From positions 256,001-320,000 of the forward strand of contig CAVYKI010000012.1 of the NCBI GenBank assembly GCA_963769025.1: a stretch of 64,000 nt of DNA, given 5' to 3'. Each line of letters starts with the position of its first letter. The stretch's first letter is position 1. The notes beneath the pieces were generated by a model, which did not search any database, was not told the DNA's origin, and saw only the letters and a program-made list of their open reading frames with translations. Positions 30,309-39,268 of the stretch are shown here, in pieces. The position numbers and the translations under genes were made by a program. This stretch comes from an uncultured Verrucomicrobiae bacterium (GTDB lineage Bacteria > Verrucomicrobiota > Verrucomicrobiia > Chthoniobacterales > Chthoniobacteraceae).

Positions 30309-30385
30309 GAGTTGAAAGTTGAGGGTTGAGAGCAAAAGGCAACGCGAACCCGGGACCTCTCAACTCTCGACCCTCAACTCTCAAC
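30309..30385. repeat. Inverted array of heptamer (GTTGAGA/G-like) repeats
   Basis: GAGTTGAAAGTTGAGGGTTGAGAG (30309-32) ... CTCTCAACTCTCGACCCTCAACTCTCAAC (30357-85). Confidence 0.7.
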
Positions 30386-31223
30386 CAAATTGCGGCACCG
30401 CCGCCAGCAGCGTCTTCGTGTATTCATGCTGCGGGTTCTCGTAGATCTGCTCCGCCGGCGCGCTCTCCACGATCTTCCCGTGATACATCACCAGCACGTG
30501 GTCGCTGATGTGCTCCACCACCGCGAGATCGTGCGCGATGAAAAGATACGTGAGCCCCAACTCGTCCTGCAGATCCTGAAGCAGATTCACGATCTGCGCC
30601 TGCACGCTCACATCCAGCGCGCTCACCGGCTCGTCGCACACGATGAACTCCGGCTTCACCGCCAGCGCCCGCGCGATGCCGATGCGCTGCCGCTGCCCGC
30701 CGCTGAACTCGTGCGGATACCGCTCCATCATTTCCGGCTGCAAGCCGACCTGCCGCAGCAGCTCGGCCACCCGTGCGCGGCGATCCTCGCGCGACATTGC
30801 CGGGAAATGAATCTCCAGCGCCTCGCCGACGATTTGGAAAATCGAAAGCCGCGGATTCAGCGAACCGAACGGGTCCTGGAAAATCATCTGCATCCGCCGG
30901 CGATACGGGCGGAACTCATCCTCGCGCAGCTGCAGCACGTCGCGCCCCTCGAACAGCACCTCGCCCGCCGTCGGCGGCACGAGCTTCAGCAGCGCGCGGC
31001 CGATCGTCGTCTTGCCGCTGCCGCTCTCGCCGACGAGCCCCACCGTCGTGCCCCTCTCGATTTGAAACGACACTTCATCCACCGCCTTCACGTCATCCGT
31101 ATGCCGGCGAAAAACACCGGTGCGGATGGGAAACCAGACCTTGAGGTTGCGGACTTCGAGCAATGGCACGCCGCGTGTGTCCGCCGGAGCGCCGCCGGTG
31201 TCAAGAAGCTCGCATGTCATCAC
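30381..31223 (-). CDS. Oligopeptide/dipeptide ABC transporter ATP-binding protein (OppF/DppF-like)
   Basis: [50 protein letters not shown]. Confidence 0.92.
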   Translation of the reverse strand: MMTCELLDTGGAPADTRGVPLLEVRNLKVWFPIRTGVFRRHTDDVKAVDEVSFQIERGTTVGLVGESGSGKTTIGRALLKLVPPTAGEVLFEGRDVLQLREDEFRPYRRRMQMIFQDPFGSLNPRLSIFQIVGEALEIHFPAMSREDRRARVAELLRQVGLQPEMMERYPHEFSGGQRQRIGIARALAVKPEFIVCDEPVSALDVSVQAQIVNLLQDLQDELGLTYLFIAHDLAVVEHISDHVLVMYHGKIVESAPAEQIYENPQHEYTKTLLAAVPQFG

Positions 31224-31235
31224 GCCATCTTCCCA

Positions 31236-32339
31236 TCACGCCGGCCGGTCGCGCATCGTCCCCGCAAACTCGATCGCATAACCGGCAATCGCAATCATCA
31301 ACCCGATGCCCGCGTGCCGGACGCCCTGCATGAGCAGATAGAACAACGCAAAGGCTCCCGCGCCCAGCGCGCAAAACGCCAGTGTGCGTTGCGTCTGTCG
31401 CGCCAACGTGGAAGCAACGGATGGGAGCGCCGCCGCCCCCACGGCCAGCACGAGCGCGATCCAGCCCAGGCCGTTCGGCATTTCACCGCCATTTCTGTGG
31501 ATGGAGGGCGTCCTGAAATCAAAACCCTGACCGCCGCCCGGCAGCGACCCGCGCATGTCCGGGAACATGTTGCCGAATTGTTCCGCGGCCTGATTCACCC
31601 CGCGTTTCACCTCATCCGCAGCATTGAAGGAAAACCACGGCAGAAAAAAGCCGAGGACCACCAGTGCTGAACCGGCACAGACGAGCTTCCGCGCCGGACT
31701 CATCGCCGCACCCTGCGCATTCGCTTGCTGCGTCACGCCCAGCGAGGCCAGCAGCGTCGCGCTGTCCGCCGCGGTGATTTTCCCCTCCTCCACCATTTTC
31801 AAAATCCGCTCGCGTTCGGGCGACACATCCGCCTGCTTCGGCGCCTCCGCCGCGGCTACCGGAGCGGCCGGTGAGAAATTCAGCAGCGGATACGCAAGGA
31901 GTGAACCCACCGTCACCAGGAGGATGACGGGAAAAGACCAGCCGTAGCCGAGCCACGCGAAAAGCGGAATCAACGCGGCAACGATGAGATTGCCACCCCG
32001 CAGCCACGCCCGCACGCCATCGGCACCCGGTGCCTTTTCCTCCGGCGTAAAGTGCCCGCCGATCCAGCGATGGTAGAGCTTGGCAGCGAGCAGCGCAGCC
32101 GCGGGCACGAACAGAAATCCGCTCGCTAGCATGATGATGTAGTCCAGTTCCTGCCGTCCGCGCGCCGACCGCAGGACGCCCTCCATCTGCTCGATCCGAT
32201 AGGCCGTAATCGCACCGGCGACGATGAGCGACCCGATCCACACCATCGCCGCGTACCGGCGTTCCAGCCCGGTGAAGCGCTTGCAGATCCCGAAGAAGAA
32301 AAACGCCGGAATGACGAATACAATGACGATGGGGGCCAT
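31236..32339 (-). CDS. Membrane protein with central SHOCT-like motif
   Basis: Multiple TM segments; ERERILKMVEEGKITAADSATLL. Confidence 0.7.
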   Translation of the reverse strand: MAPIVIVFVIPAFFFFGICKRFTGLERRYAAMVWIGSLIVAGAITAYRIEQMEGVLRSARGRQELDYIIMLASGFLFVPAAALLAAKLYHRWIGGHFTPEEKAPGADGVRAWLRGGNLIVAALIPLFAWLGYGWSFPVILLVTVGSLLAYPLLNFSPAAPVAAAEAPKQADVSPERERILKMVEEGKITAADSATLLASLGVTQQANAQGAAMSPARKLVCAGSALVVLGFFLPWFSFNAADEVKRGVNQAAEQFGNMFPDMRGSLPGGGQGFDFRTPSIHRNGGEMPNGLGWIALVLAVGAAALPSVASTLARQTQRTLAFCALGAGAFALFYLLMQGVRHAGIGLMIAIAGYAIEFAGTMRDRPA

Positions 32340-32432
32340 TCGCCGAATCCAGCACCGCAAGTCACCGCGGACAAGGTGGAAGATCACCCGCTCACCTGCC
32401 CGCGACAGGCCCGCAAACTCACTCCGCCGCGG

Positions 32433-32639
32433 TCAGCGCCACTCCAGCTTGTCGATGAAGACGTCGAATTCGCGGAGCTTTTCGTGCTGTTCCTTGAGTG
32501 CCGCGATGAGCGCAGGCTCGGACTTCTCCTGCACGCTGACGATGCCCATTGCAAAACCATGGCGTTCCTTTTCGCCCGGCTTTTTCCAGTGATAGAAAAT
32601 GCGGGCCCGGTAACTCTGCGTGGCGGATTCTTCGCTCAT
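32433..32639 (-). CDS. Hypothetical small protein
   Basis: 68 aa, coding-like composition, directly downstream of the methyltransferase. Confidence 0.6.
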   Translation of the reverse strand: MSEESATQSYRARIFYHWKKPGEKERHGFAMGIVSVQEKSEPALIAALKEQHEKLREFDVFIDKLEWR

Positions 32640-32690
32640 GGGTTCTGAAGGATGAACAACGAAAGGCTCAGTGAAAAATGGGGCTCAGTC

Positions 32691-35084
32691 CTACGGTTTC
32701 TCGACGGTGAAGATGAGCACGTAGCGTTGCGGGACGAACTGGGCGTATGAGGAAAACTTGAACCCGTAATGCGTGAGCTGGGCAATCAACAACTCCTTGG
32801 CGATGCGCGGGCCGTAGTAGCCCCCGGCCTTGTCGGAAAGCGGCATATTGTCCGCGATCACCAGCTTGCCGCCGGGCTTGAGCGCCTTCCGCAGGCTGGC
32901 GACGAATCCGTCCCGCACATACTCCAGCGAATTCACGTAGCTCGCGTGGTAGAGCGAGCACAGGAAAGCCATGTCGATTGAGTTTTCCGGCAGCGTGGCG
33001 TCGTTTTCCTTCGAAGGGACCGTCGTGATGTTGCCGATGCCCGCCGCCCGCGCGGAGCGGTCGAGGTTCGCCAACTGGTCCTTCACCAAGTCCAACGCAT
33101 AGACAGTCCCGCCCTTGCCGACGAGATTTGCGAACTTGAAGCTGAAATAACCCGCCCCGCTGCCCACGTCGGCGACCGTCTGGCCGGGCTTGATGTCGAG
33201 GATTCCGAGCATCTGGTCGGTGTGCTCCCAGTTCGCGCGCCGGGGATTCATGAAAGTGAGATATTCCCACCATTCGAGCAACGTATCCACGGGGATATCC
33301 AGCGGAAGGAGAGGATAAGGCGCCGGCTGGGCATCGGTGTCCTCGGTGGATCTTTTTGTCACGACGGGCGCGGGCCCACCCTTGTTCACATTGCCCGTGG
33401 CCGTCAGCGTGCGCGGACTTGCAGGACCCTCGGTGGGCAGGGCTTCAGTCATCACGCCGAGGGAGCGGAGACGCACCGCCTCCTTGTCGCTCAGTTCCTC
33501 CAGCTTGGGCTTCAGTTCCTCGAGGACGTATTTGTTCTTCAGGTACGTGGTCAGCCTCTTGAAATCGTCGCCTGCGAAAAACGCCGCGTAATCGGCGACC
33601 AGCAGGTCCGGAATGAGCTTTTTCCGCTCTGCTTCCGGTGCGAGTGCATAGTCGCAGAACCACTGCAACGCGGCATACTCGTCGCCGATCCGCTCCTTCG
33701 GAATAAGGACGTCGAACATCTCACGCGCGCTCTTCAGCTTTGCAGGATCTTTCTTCCTGAAGCCTTCGAGCATCACCTCCGCCGCCGCGCGTCCCGCAGT
33801 GGTGAAGGTGCCAGTCGAGCCGGCCACCTGGGAGCGCAGCAGGGAACGCCGGGAAAGCACGCGGATTTTCGCCGGGTCGCCATCCACGATCTCGGCGATG
33901 CCAGGGGTCGCGGGGAGCTTGGCGAGGTCATTCACGATGAGTCCTCCCTTCGGGATTTCGAGGGTCGGAGTGGCGGGCGGTGCCTCTCCAGGCTTCGGCG
34001 CCTCCGGCCTCAACTTGAACACGAGCACGTAACGCTGCGGGATGAACTGGTGGGTTCCCGCCAGTTCAAATCCCATGTGCTTGAACTGATCGATGATCAA
34101 CTCCCTCGCGATATACGGTCCGTGATAGGGCAGCTTCCCTTCCACCGGTCCGTTGTCGGCGAGCACAAACCTCGCGTCCGGCTTCATGGCTGCCTTCACG
34201 CTGTCGATCATCGCGGTCCGCTCCTCGTCGGACATGATGGCGTAGAGGTTATGGTAAAGGGAGCACATGAAAAGGAGGTCCACCTTTTCCGGGACGCCGA
34301 TGTCCCCCTCGCGCGGCATGACCGGAAAGACGTTCGGGACCTTCAGTTCGGCGATGGTTTTTTTGAGGTACGCGAGGTGGTTGTCGTTGTTATCGATCGC
34401 GTAAACCTTCCCCGTCGGTCCGACAAGCTTCGCAAATTGAAAGGAGAAATAGCCCGGACCGCTGCCTATGTCGGCCACCTTCTCGCCCGGCTTCAGCTCC
34501 ATCGAGGCGATCATCTTGCTGGTCTTCTCCCACAGCTCGCGACGCGGGTTGGCGAAGAGGATGAAGTCCTCCATGAAGCGGCTCCGCGTGGCTGCATCGG
34601 AATCCTGTTTTTGTCCGGGGACTTCGTCGAGGTGGTACTTGCTGCGGATGAACTCGCGGAAATTCTTCCAGTCATCGGCAGCCAGGAAGTCGCGGAAACT
34701 GCGGACGAACGGGTCGGCCAGGAATTCCTCTTTGCGGACATGCTCGGGAGCGAGTTCGCATTCCATCAGCCACTGCAGGGCGGTGTACTCGCCGCCGAAA
34801 TTTTCATCGGGGATGATGCGCGAGTAAATCGCGATGGCGTTTTTCGCAGCCGACCGGTCACCCTTTTCCAAGAACTTCAGGACATCCCTCGCCGCATCTT
34901 TCCCTCCGTCAGTCACATCAAAGGAATCCAGGCTTCCCAAATGAAGCAGCGAAGTCTTGGACGTGACATTGATGACGCTGCCCTTGATATCCGCCGGCTT
35001 TTCCGAGGCGAATCCCGATGTTGGCAGCAGGCCAAAAATGAGAAGGATTGAGGCGATCTGGGGGCGGAATGCCGCGGTGTTCAT
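32691..35084 (-). CDS. Exported tandem class I SAM-dependent methyltransferase (two repeats of helical domain + MT domain)
   Basis: Signal-like N-terminus (IASILLIFGLL..GFA/SEK); motif I twice (VADIGSGPGYF, VADVGSGAGYF); duplicated EY.ALQW, F.NPRR..WE, F.CSLYH, Y.GP.IA.EL, PQRYVL.F. Confidence 0.88.
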   Translation of the reverse strand: MNTAAFRPQIASILLIFGLLPTSGFASEKPADIKGSVINVTSKTSLLHLGSLDSFDVTDGGKDAARDVLKFLEKGDRSAAKNAIAIYSRIIPDENFGGEYTALQWLMECELAPEHVRKEEFLADPFVRSFRDFLAADDWKNFREFIRSKYHLDEVPGQKQDSDAATRSRFMEDFILFANPRRELWEKTSKMIASMELKPGEKVADIGSGPGYFSFQFAKLVGPTGKVYAIDNNDNHLAYLKKTIAELKVPNVFPVMPREGDIGVPEKVDLLFMCSLYHNLYAIMSDEERTAMIDSVKAAMKPDARFVLADNGPVEGKLPYHGPYIARELIIDQFKHMGFELAGTHQFIPQRYVLVFKLRPEAPKPGEAPPATPTLEIPKGGLIVNDLAKLPATPGIAEIVDGDPAKIRVLSRRSLLRSQVAGSTGTFTTAGRAAAEVMLEGFRKKDPAKLKSAREMFDVLIPKERIGDEYAALQWFCDYALAPEAERKKLIPDLLVADYAAFFAGDDFKRLTTYLKNKYVLEELKPKLEELSDKEAVRLRSLGVMTEALPTEGPASPRTLTATGNVNKGGPAPVVTKRSTEDTDAQPAPYPLLPLDIPVDTLLEWWEYLTFMNPRRANWEHTDQMLGILDIKPGQTVADVGSGAGYFSFKFANLVGKGGTVYALDLVKDQLANLDRSARAAGIGNITTVPSKENDATLPENSIDMAFLCSLYHASYVNSLEYVRDGFVASLRKALKPGGKLVIADNMPLSDKAGGYYGPRIAKELLIAQLTHYGFKFSSYAQFVPQRYVLIFTVEKP

Positions 35085-35252
35085 AAGGTAGGTATCGATT
35101 CGGCGAAGGAGGCGGACATGCGCGACCTGTACTGCCGTTGTGTCTGCGGCTGACGCGTTGTCACGACAGTCCGGTTGCCACCAAAGCACAAGTCCCAAGT
35201 GTCAGACGGGGACTCTCACCCGGCAGTTCCGCACGATGGTTTGCGCAGCGAC

Positions 35253-36779
35253 TCAGGCTTGCGAATCAAACAGTGTTTGATTCAGGTAGGGATTCAGCGG
35301 CCCCTCTGCGTACTCCGAGCGCGGGTATGGGACGAAGTCGGCGCTGTGGAACTGCTGCGCGACTTCGTCGGCAAAGAATGCGCCGAGCTTGGTGACGCCG
35401 AGCGAACGGTCCGGCGTCTCCTGCACGAGCCCAGCGGCCTTCAGCGCCTCGATCTTGCCGCGGAAAACCTCGTCCAAGCCGAGGCCGGTGAGCCGGCGGT
35501 AGTTCGAAGTGCGGACATCGCGGTTCTTAATCGGCAGGACGATGGCCCACCGCGCCTGATCCTCGGCGTTGCGGCGGTAGCCACGATTGATCGGCAGGTG
35601 ACCGCTCTCGATGAGCGAGTAGTACTCGTCGAAGTTCTGGGTGCAGAGCGCGAACCGGTCGCGCATGCTGCTGAACGCCGTCAGGCCGATGCCGATCTGG
35701 TCGAACTGCACGCAGCACTGGTTGTGCGCGTAGACCGAGTAGTCGCCACGGCGGCGCGAGAAGACGCGGCGCAGGTTCTCGGTGTAGCCGTAGTGATTCA
35801 GCATGAGAATCGCAGCCTGCTTCATGATGAACTGCGTCTCGTTGTCCGGGTATTCCTCCGGCCTGCTGTTCACGTAGTTCTTCACCGCTCCTTGGTGGTC
35901 GCCGTAGGCCTCGATCTTCAGGCGATAGAGCTGAATCTCATGCACGCCGAGCTTGCAGGCTTGCTCGATCACATCGAGCCAGTTTTCCAGCGTCTGGCCG
36001 AGGTAACCGAAGATGAACTCGATGTTCACCATGAAGCCGGCGTCGAGCGTTTCCTTGATCGCCTGGAGTGCTTCATTCGGGCCGTGGTGGCGTCCCATTT
36101 TCTTGAGGATGGTCGAGTTCAGCGACTGGACGCCGATGGTCAGCCGGTCCACGCCGTACTCGCGCATCACGGCGAGGCGCTTTTCGCCATCGGGGCCGAT
36201 GAGCGTGTTCGGATCCACGTCGTAGTTGAACTGGCGGCAGATGGACATGTCCACGCGCTCGCAGAAGCCGTCGAGGAAGCGGCGGAACTGATCCACGGTG
36301 AGGAAGGTCGGTGTGCCGCCGCCCACGAGGATCGAGCGGGCCTTGATGCGGTCCACGCCGAGGCGGTTGCGCCAGATGTCCGTCTCCTTCATGAAGGCGT
36401 CGATGTACTTCGACTTTTCGTCGAGCTGCGGCCCGAGCTTCACCGGGTAGTGGCAGAAGACGCAGTGTGAATTGCAAAACGGCACGTGCGCGTAGATGTC
36501 TACCGCGCCGTCGTCCGGCAGCTTGTAGCCTTCGAGCAGTTCGTCATCCGTCATCGGCGGATACATCGTGATCGGCGGGTAATGGACGGACGGGTAAAAA
36601 TCACCCTTCTTGTTGATAAGCCCCGCGTCGCGGAGACGGCGGAAATCTTCGACTCGCTCCTTCGCCTTTTCGATCAGCGCCGCACGGTCCACCGGACCGG
36701 CGTCACAGGGCGGCGGCGGCAGATGCGGACGGAGGAGTTTCGGGTTGATGCCAGTGGGTTCGAGCAGTGCAGCGTTCAT
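35253..36779 (-). CDS. HemN-like (class C-type) radical SAM enzyme
   Basis: YAHVPFCNSHCVFC (CxxxCxxC), GGGTPT, RLTIGVQS, FGYLGQT, IGIGLTAFS, HemN_C-like tail. Confidence 0.88.
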   Translation of the reverse strand: MNAALLEPTGINPKLLRPHLPPPPCDAGPVDRAALIEKAKERVEDFRRLRDAGLINKKGDFYPSVHYPPITMYPPMTDDELLEGYKLPDDGAVDIYAHVPFCNSHCVFCHYPVKLGPQLDEKSKYIDAFMKETDIWRNRLGVDRIKARSILVGGGTPTFLTVDQFRRFLDGFCERVDMSICRQFNYDVDPNTLIGPDGEKRLAVMREYGVDRLTIGVQSLNSTILKKMGRHHGPNEALQAIKETLDAGFMVNIEFIFGYLGQTLENWLDVIEQACKLGVHEIQLYRLKIEAYGDHQGAVKNYVNSRPEEYPDNETQFIMKQAAILMLNHYGYTENLRRVFSRRRGDYSVYAHNQCCVQFDQIGIGLTAFSSMRDRFALCTQNFDEYYSLIESGHLPINRGYRRNAEDQARWAIVLPIKNRDVRTSNYRRLTGLGLDEVFRGKIEALKAAGLVQETPDRSLGVTKLGAFFADEVAQQFHSADFVPYPRSEYAEGPLNPYLNQTLFDSQA

Positions 36780-36819
36780 CGGCGTGGGTTGTTTGTTGGA
36801 AACGGGTTGTGGTTGAGAG

Positions 36820-37869
36820 TTAAATCAGCGGGGCTTTTCCAAAAGTGAGCTTCGCATCGTGGACGAAAGTTTCGCAGCGCGCAAAGCCGGGCGAGCAGCG
36901 ATCCGTGGAGTAAATCGGGAAGAGCTTCTTGAATTCGTCCGGGGTGCCGTCGTGAATCGTCACCGTGTTTGCGCCAGCCATGAGCCCCATGAGCTGTCCG
37001 CCCTTTTTGCCGCGTTCGAGGCAGCTGGTGGTGGGCATCAGACGATGCGGATACATGATCCGCATGAGCGCCATCTGGTTCAGAGCGATCTCCACGTCTC
37101 CCATGGGCTGCGTGCTGTAGTTGCACATCTCGCCGGGGATGAAAACCGTGCAGCTCATCATCGAGAGATTGTATTTCCCGAGCAGGAGGATGTCGTCGAT
37201 CACGTCGTCCATCGACTGGCCGGGCATGCCGACCATGTTGCCGGTGCCAACCTTGAAGCCCACATCGACCAAGTCTTGGAGGCACGCGAGCCGCTTGTCG
37301 AGGGTGTCGCTGGGCTTCCACGTCGAATACAGCGTGGGGCTCGATGACTCGAATTTAAGAATGTAGCGGTCTGCGCCGGCTTCCTTGAGGCGGACGTATT
37401 GCTCGTGGCTGAGATTGCCCATGCAGAGGATGATCTCGAGGTCGGGATGCCTGCTTTTGATCTCCGTGAGGCACTTCGCCGTATATTCGATGAACCCCTT
37501 CGAGCTGTTCTCGCCGGACTGGAGAAGGATGACGCGGCGACCCCTCTCATACAAAAAGTCCACCTGCTCCATGAGCGGGTCAATTTTGATGACGTAGCGC
37601 TTGAGCTTCGATTCCTTCGCCATGCTGCAGTAGTTGCAACTCTGCTGGCAGACGTTCGAGAGCTCGATGACGCTTCGCGTTTCCACTTCGCGCGCCGGCC
37701 ATTCGGCGTCGCGGCGTTCGCGGGCGAGGGCGAAGAGTTTTTCCTGGTCCGAGCCGCGTGCAAGGAGACCCCGGCGGAGCGTCTCCCTCGAATAATCCCC
37801 TGCTGCGAGGGCTTCCACAAATGACACTGAGGACTGTGCATCGGTGTCTTGAATCAATGTCGTAATCAT
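36820..37869 (-). CDS. HydE/PylB/BioB-superfamily radical SAM enzyme (closest in pattern to HydE)
   Basis: IELSNVCQQSCNYC, ILLQSGE, AGADRYILKFES, GNMVGMPGQS, VFIP, MPTTS, AGAN. Confidence 0.85.
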   Translation of the reverse strand: MITTLIQDTDAQSSVSFVEALAAGDYSRETLRRGLLARGSDQEKLFALARERRDAEWPAREVETRSVIELSNVCQQSCNYCSMAKESKLKRYVIKIDPLMEQVDFLYERGRRVILLQSGENSSKGFIEYTAKCLTEIKSRHPDLEIILCMGNLSHEQYVRLKEAGADRYILKFESSSPTLYSTWKPSDTLDKRLACLQDLVDVGFKVGTGNMVGMPGQSMDDVIDDILLLGKYNLSMMSCTVFIPGEMCNYSTQPMGDVEIALNQMALMRIMYPHRLMPTTSCLERGKKGGQLMGLMAGANTVTIHDGTPDEFKKLFPIYSTDRCSPGFARCETFVHDAKLTFGKAPLI

Positions 37870-37878
37870 CGGTTAGAG

Positions 37879-37886
37879 CCTCCTTT
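37879..37886 (-). promoter_or_regulatory. Strong Shine-Dalgarno AAAGGAGG
   Basis: CCTCCTTT on plus strand, 9 nt upstream of ATG 37869. Confidence 0.75.
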
Positions 37887-38243
37887 AATTCGGTTGGTGT
37901 TGTAAAGATTCCGTTAAGAGCGAGACGGAATCAAGGGTTAAAGTTCCGGAGGTTTAAAAGAGACGCGTCCACGCACCGGATATTCGATATTCCTCGCCGA
38001 CCCAGTCGCCCGACAAACGCTCGACGACCCAGTGCATGAGTCAAAGGCAGCCGGTGGGTGCCATCCAGATGCTGCCTCTGGGCGACGCGAACGAACAAAA
38101 ACCGGACACTCAGCACGGACATATCAGGGATACAGCAACCTAAAACTGGCGCGCCCACCTCGTTCAGATTCGGACAAAAACCGGGATTACGGACGAAGTT
38201 TTCCTATCGGCGCGACAGCGAAACGTTTCTGCCGCACAGCAGT

Positions 38244-39122
38244 TCAGGCGTTGCAGAGCACGATCACCCCGCCGAGGGCTGTGAGAGTGCCGACGATCTG
38301 CAGCGGCGTGATCTTTTCCTTCAACACGATCGCCGCGAGCGGCAGCACGAATACGGGCTCCAGCGAAATCAGCGTGTTCGCGATGGCGACCGGCAGGAAT
38401 TTGATCGCCACGAGCGAAAGCCAGAAGCCGCCGAACGTCACCACGCACACGGCGACGAGGAACGAGCCCGCGAGGCGGGCTTCACGGAATGATCCCATCC
38501 ATTCTCCGAGCCGCCGCGTGCACAGCCCAAAGAGCGCGAGCCCCACGGCGCCCGCAGCCATCCTCACAAAAGTGCCCTGCATCGCCGATGCGGTCTCGAG
38601 TCCTTCCTTTGCCATGATGACGGAAACGGACATGCAGATCACCGACAGCATCCCGAGCACGATTCCGCGGACGCGCGAAGGCTGGCGGGGGCCGGAGAGG
38701 TTCGCCCAAAGCACGATCGTCACGCCGACCAGAACGCACGCGATTCCGCCCCACGCGGCTGCGGATGGCCTTTCGCCGAGGAACACGAGCGCGAGCACCG
38801 CGGTGAAAACCTGCCCCACCATCATCAGCACGACGAGCGTCTGCGGCCCGAGGTGGCGGAGGGCCGCGAAAAACAGGGTGTCCCCGACGGCGATCCCGAC
38901 CAAACCGCTCGCGATCATCAGCCACAGGTTTTGCGGAGTCACGCTGCTGTAGCCGAGGAAAAGCAGCGCGATGCCGACGAATACGACGCTGACCGCCGAC
39001 TTCACCAGCGTCATCGCGAGCGGCGACATGCTTTCGCCGATGCGCTTGAAAAGGATCGCCCCGAGTGCCCACGAGGCCGCGGACCCTAGCGCGGCGGCGA
39101 TGCCGAGTGCGGACGTCGTCAT
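38244..39122 (-). CDS. EamA/DMT family transporter
   Basis: 292 aa, about 10 TM in two repeats; GDTLFF..L..LG, FLGER, LEPVF, LKEKIT. Confidence 0.9.
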   Translation of the reverse strand: MTTSALGIAAALGSAASWALGAILFKRIGESMSPLAMTLVKSAVSVVFVGIALLFLGYSSVTPQNLWLMIASGLVGIAVGDTLFFAALRHLGPQTLVVLMMVGQVFTAVLALVFLGERPSAAAWGGIACVLVGVTIVLWANLSGPRQPSRVRGIVLGMLSVICMSVSVIMAKEGLETASAMQGTFVRMAAGAVGLALFGLCTRRLGEWMGSFREARLAGSFLVAVCVVTFGGFWLSLVAIKFLPVAIANTLISLEPVFVLPLAAIVLKEKITPLQIVGTLTALGGVIVLCNA

Positions 39123-39268
39123 CCTCGGAGGTCTCCCGCCTGTGATGCCGAATGCGGACGGCGGGAATGAGCGTGTGTGGACATCAGGAAACGGAGCAGG
39201 ACAACGTGCGCGGCAAAGTGCGCGGGAGTAAATGGAGCGACCACATGGCAGTCAAGGTTCCGCACGCT

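Noticed and set aside
35253..36779. Calling this true coproporphyrinogen dehydrogenase HemN or HemW
   Set aside because: No heme-pathway context; lacks the HemN GPRYTSYP start and the RNFQGY / HNxxYW motifs (has HNQCC)
36820..37869. Calling this biotin synthase (bioA is in the window) or evidence of an [FeFe]-hydrogenase
   Set aside because: Lacks the BioB YNHNL-type motif, is 27 kb from bioA, and no hydA/F/G is nearby; HydE motifs are altered
37931..38158. 75-aa ORF as a RiPP precursor for the rSAM enzymes
   Set aside because: No RBS or leader/core pattern, and neither rSAM shows a SPASM or RRE domain; more likely non-coding leader
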